This document shows, one piece after another, positions 60,851 through 64,000 of a stretch of DNA of 64,000 bases. The translations under genes were made by a program, and so were the position numbers. The stretch is from positions 207,632 through 271,631 of the forward strand of contig NMRA01000196.1 in assembly GCA_002633005.1 (NCBI GenBank), written 5' to 3'. Position 1 is the first letter of the stretch. Every line of letters begins with the position of its first letter. This DNA comes from Phoronis australis. Taxonomy: Eukaryota; Animalia; Phoronida. The notes beneath the pieces are model-generated. The model had not been told where the DNA came from. It did not search any database and was given only the letters and a program-made list of their open reading frames with translations.

Positions 60851-63044
60851 TTGTTATGTTACTTAAACACCCATAGCCAGCACACCGTCTGCGGTGCTGT
60901 TGTGTGCGCATTTCAATGCTTGCGGTTGCTCTTATATATGTACATGTACATGTATTTGTATCTTGTCCATACATTCAGCAAACAGCGCGTTAAAGCTAAT
61001 CCTTCATACTGTGCATGGTAGTTACCAACACAGTCACGCAATCTCTCGTCAAATGATAGTCATTTGAGTGCACTAACCGCGATCCCAGAATCTAATATTT
61101 TGCTAAAATAAACAAAATGTTAGGTCAAAACATATTACATACGTGTTTTAGAACAATCTATCACATTTTTCAAAAGATGCAAACAGTTACCGACAATACG
61201 CCCATGGGTGTAATTTTGGAAAAATTTCCGAAAATACGCCGATGGTAGTACTTTTGGGAGGGCAATCAGGAATTACCCGGTATGCACAAGAGTACAGTGG
61301 GTGTACAGTACATACGCAGTGTTTTGTATTGACCATGAATAGGTTGACCTGCCAACATACATAAAGAAATTCAATCTGTAACACTGAATGATAGTAACGG
61401 ATATAATTTCGAGTGACGGAATAAGTTACCACGTCATTCTTAACGTATTATTTTTAAATAAAATAAAATTTCAACAAGGTGAAAACGAAATATAATTTCA
61501 CCACACAAAGACACAACATACAATAATTAACGTAGACCTTTATGGGTAACATGAGGTAGAACTACATTATACATAAATGTTTGACTAGATTAACCAAGTT
61601 TACACAGTGGTAGCAGTTGGTTTGCAGTAACTACGCAATCGAACTTTTCATTAAGAACAACATACACGGTTCACGTACACCAGCAGACTGTATCAAAAGA
61701 TAAAGCTTACCCAACCACTTCAGACTTGTATGAAGAAATTGACTAACTGTACAACAAGACAACATTTAGTATATTTAAACGCAACTGCTAAACAATCTCA
61801 ATTTTCATCTTGGGACATCGTTTACAACTGTTAAAGTATTAATGTGCTCAGCCCACGGTGAAATTTGACCTTAACTTGCCTAATTCTAGGACCATGAAAT
61901 AGGCTCATAATTTTACAGGTTAACTTTTTAATTTCATTATTTAAAGCTTCACTTCATCTATACTTTCGTGAAATCGATAAACACGACTGTTAGGGTTGCA
62001 TGATAGTAGAACTAGAAGTTCACACCTTTACATTTTACTCACGTACAGTATTTCATTGAAAAACAATCTAAAAGTTTTGTTTTGCTATAAGATAGTGGCA
62101 GTCGTTCGTTCAATAACGTTATTACCCTGTACCACCGAACATCCATGCTTCAAAGTCACAAATCAATTGCATGTATAATATATAGCCTAGTACGTGATTC
62201 AAAAGTAGTTCCCTGTGTTTTAATTCTTTCGAGATTCGCGGACCTGTAAACTCAACTTACTAACTCAAAAAGACTACGCGCACTCATTAAACACCGTCTA
62301 CGTAGCCCAAATCATGGCTTATTGTCTCATTACTGAAAATGAAGTGCTTCCCTCTGTGAAGAGTAGCTTTATGTCCGTAAGCAGCGTTTTTTGAGTGCTG
62401 AGAGGTGTTAGAGTTTAAAGGTCCACGAGCCGTGTTCATGAATGCGTGAATGTGTCGTTCGTGTAGTCTGATTCTGCCTCAATTTCGCACGAACGCCATG
62501 GTGAGGTCACTTAATCGGGTTAAGTGAATTTTCAATCGTAGGCTGTTTCATTATACATCGGTGTAGACTGAATATTTATAATTCCTAATGGTCCACATCA
62601 ATGAAAAAAATCTGACGTCCGAGCCTTAGTCTCCGCACCTACCCTCTCTCAGTATACGAAGTCATACACCTCAGTCACTGGATTAACGCCTCACGCTGCG
62701 TGAACCCCATAGCGCCTTTCATGGGGTGGCCAGTCGAGGCGGGCTATAAGTCCAAGACACCTTTGCACATACATGAACATTGGGATTTCCACAGAACCCA
62801 AAATTGTCAATTGCAGTTGGCTACACTTCGTAGGACATTTGATCATTTACTGGACGCACCTGTACATGCATGATCAACGATGTTTCTGTCACCTGCCTTA
62901 GGAAAAACTAAATGAGTTATTTAGCGAGCTAGTCGAAGACATTTTACATGCCAATGATCACACGGCAGCGGCACTAAACTTTCCACTCGTGGATTTTTTT
63001 TTCGATCAACTTTGGTAAATGCACAAATATGTATTCCCTGAACG

Positions 63045-63122
63045 TCATACTTTCGTATCAAACGGTATATCCTCCGAGGGTTTCGTGTTAGAATTCACCA
63101 GTTTGTCTCGAGCTGAGTTATT
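63045..63122 (-). CDS. Possible terminal coding exon of a gene extending beyond the window
   Basis: Acceptor TCTTGCATTTCAG, then NNSARDKLVNSNTKPSEDIPFDTKV*. No homology recognised. Confidence 0.25.
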   Translation of the reverse strand, partial: NNSARDKLVNSNTKPSEDIPFDTKV

Positions 63123-64000
63123 CTGAAATGCAAGACAGACTGTTATCACCAAGGTAACGATGAGGGTAATTCACAGCCATTAGTCTGCTCGGGAATGTGT
63201 CTAGGAAATGTTAAAATGCATGTTTTAGATGAGCGAGAAAATTATCGGTCGTTTTGTCTGTCGTTCACCAGAAACTTTGTAGGGCTGACGCTATTGCATG
63301 TCCATATTGTCAACATGTGTAAATGGGAGAATGATACATGTATATGAAAAATGGCACTTGAATCGATCTACATTGATGGAGTTACCAGGCTTCAACGTTA
63401 ATCCCCTGCTAAATAGGACCTACTCTCTAAGTGTCTACTGTGCACTACGAGTAAGTACTTTGCATGCAAGCGATTGGTTAATTAGTCGAACAGCTAATAT
63501 GCTGGTATACCTACTGGTCAGTTAATGATTTATCGAATAGGGACATTTCTCGCAAAATGTGACTACAGAGCTTAAAAAGGACTTTAATTGTCAATCATCA
63601 TGACGTCACAGCACCGTTTAGCTGTGGTAAATTCCCACAAGACATCCGACTAGAGTCAACTTTCATCACACGTAGACGAAAACGTTCATGTAATTCAGCT
63701 AGGACTAAGTTTTATTAAAGACAGCAGGCTTATATCAAGAACCAGGGACTCGTTGTAGATGCTACTGAAAGCTAAAGAGATTGCATGCCTCGCTAATGTA
63801 AAAGATAGGGGCCTTTTCATTCAAACTGTAGTCCACTGAATGCTACTGATGTCAGGTTTCTTGAAAGATGTCAGTTTTAAATCTATGTATGTGCAGCTTA
63901 ATTACAACATAAACTCAACTTCTAAGAATAAGCGTGTTGTTGTAATTTACGTTTCCAAAAACAATGTCACAGCGAGAAGATCAGCCACAGTTTTCGAAAG

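Noticed and set aside
1-64000. CRISPR array, operon or other prokaryotic system; bacterial contamination as the source of YeeE
   Set aside because: There is no regular repeat-spacer array, and all genes have spliceosomal introns among animal-type transposons.

Overview
AT-rich, intron- and transposon-rich animal DNA, apparently from an invertebrate; the exact taxon cannot be called from sequence alone. Splicing exons by hand gives three genes. (1) A 9-exon minus-strand YeeE/YedE (TsuA, thiosulfate/sulfur transporter) family membrane protein, about 482 aa, at 12905-1232; the ORF track largely misses it. (2) Head-to-head with it, a complete 17-exon white-type ABCG half-transporter of 690 aa at 25278-37788. 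(3) A 6-exon secreted S1A serine protease of about 302 aa at 49573-56241, whose intron-2 donor reads TTAAGT instead of GTAAGT and whose S1 pocket is Ala189/Gly216/Asp226. The rest is non-autonomous DNA transposons (Harbinger-, Kolobok-, Crypton-, MULE-, Academ-, Tc1- and Helitron/Helentron-like), Penelope and SINE remnants, a decayed Polinton/Maverick ATPase fragment, simple repeats, and a 2.2-kb tandem duplication around a single N that is probably an assembly artefact. The palindrome TACATGTA is strongly over-represented, and three paired-copy comparisons differ by exactly CATGTA after a TA, the pattern of a Tc1/mariner excision footprint. All family assignments come from motif recognition by eye; no database search was run.
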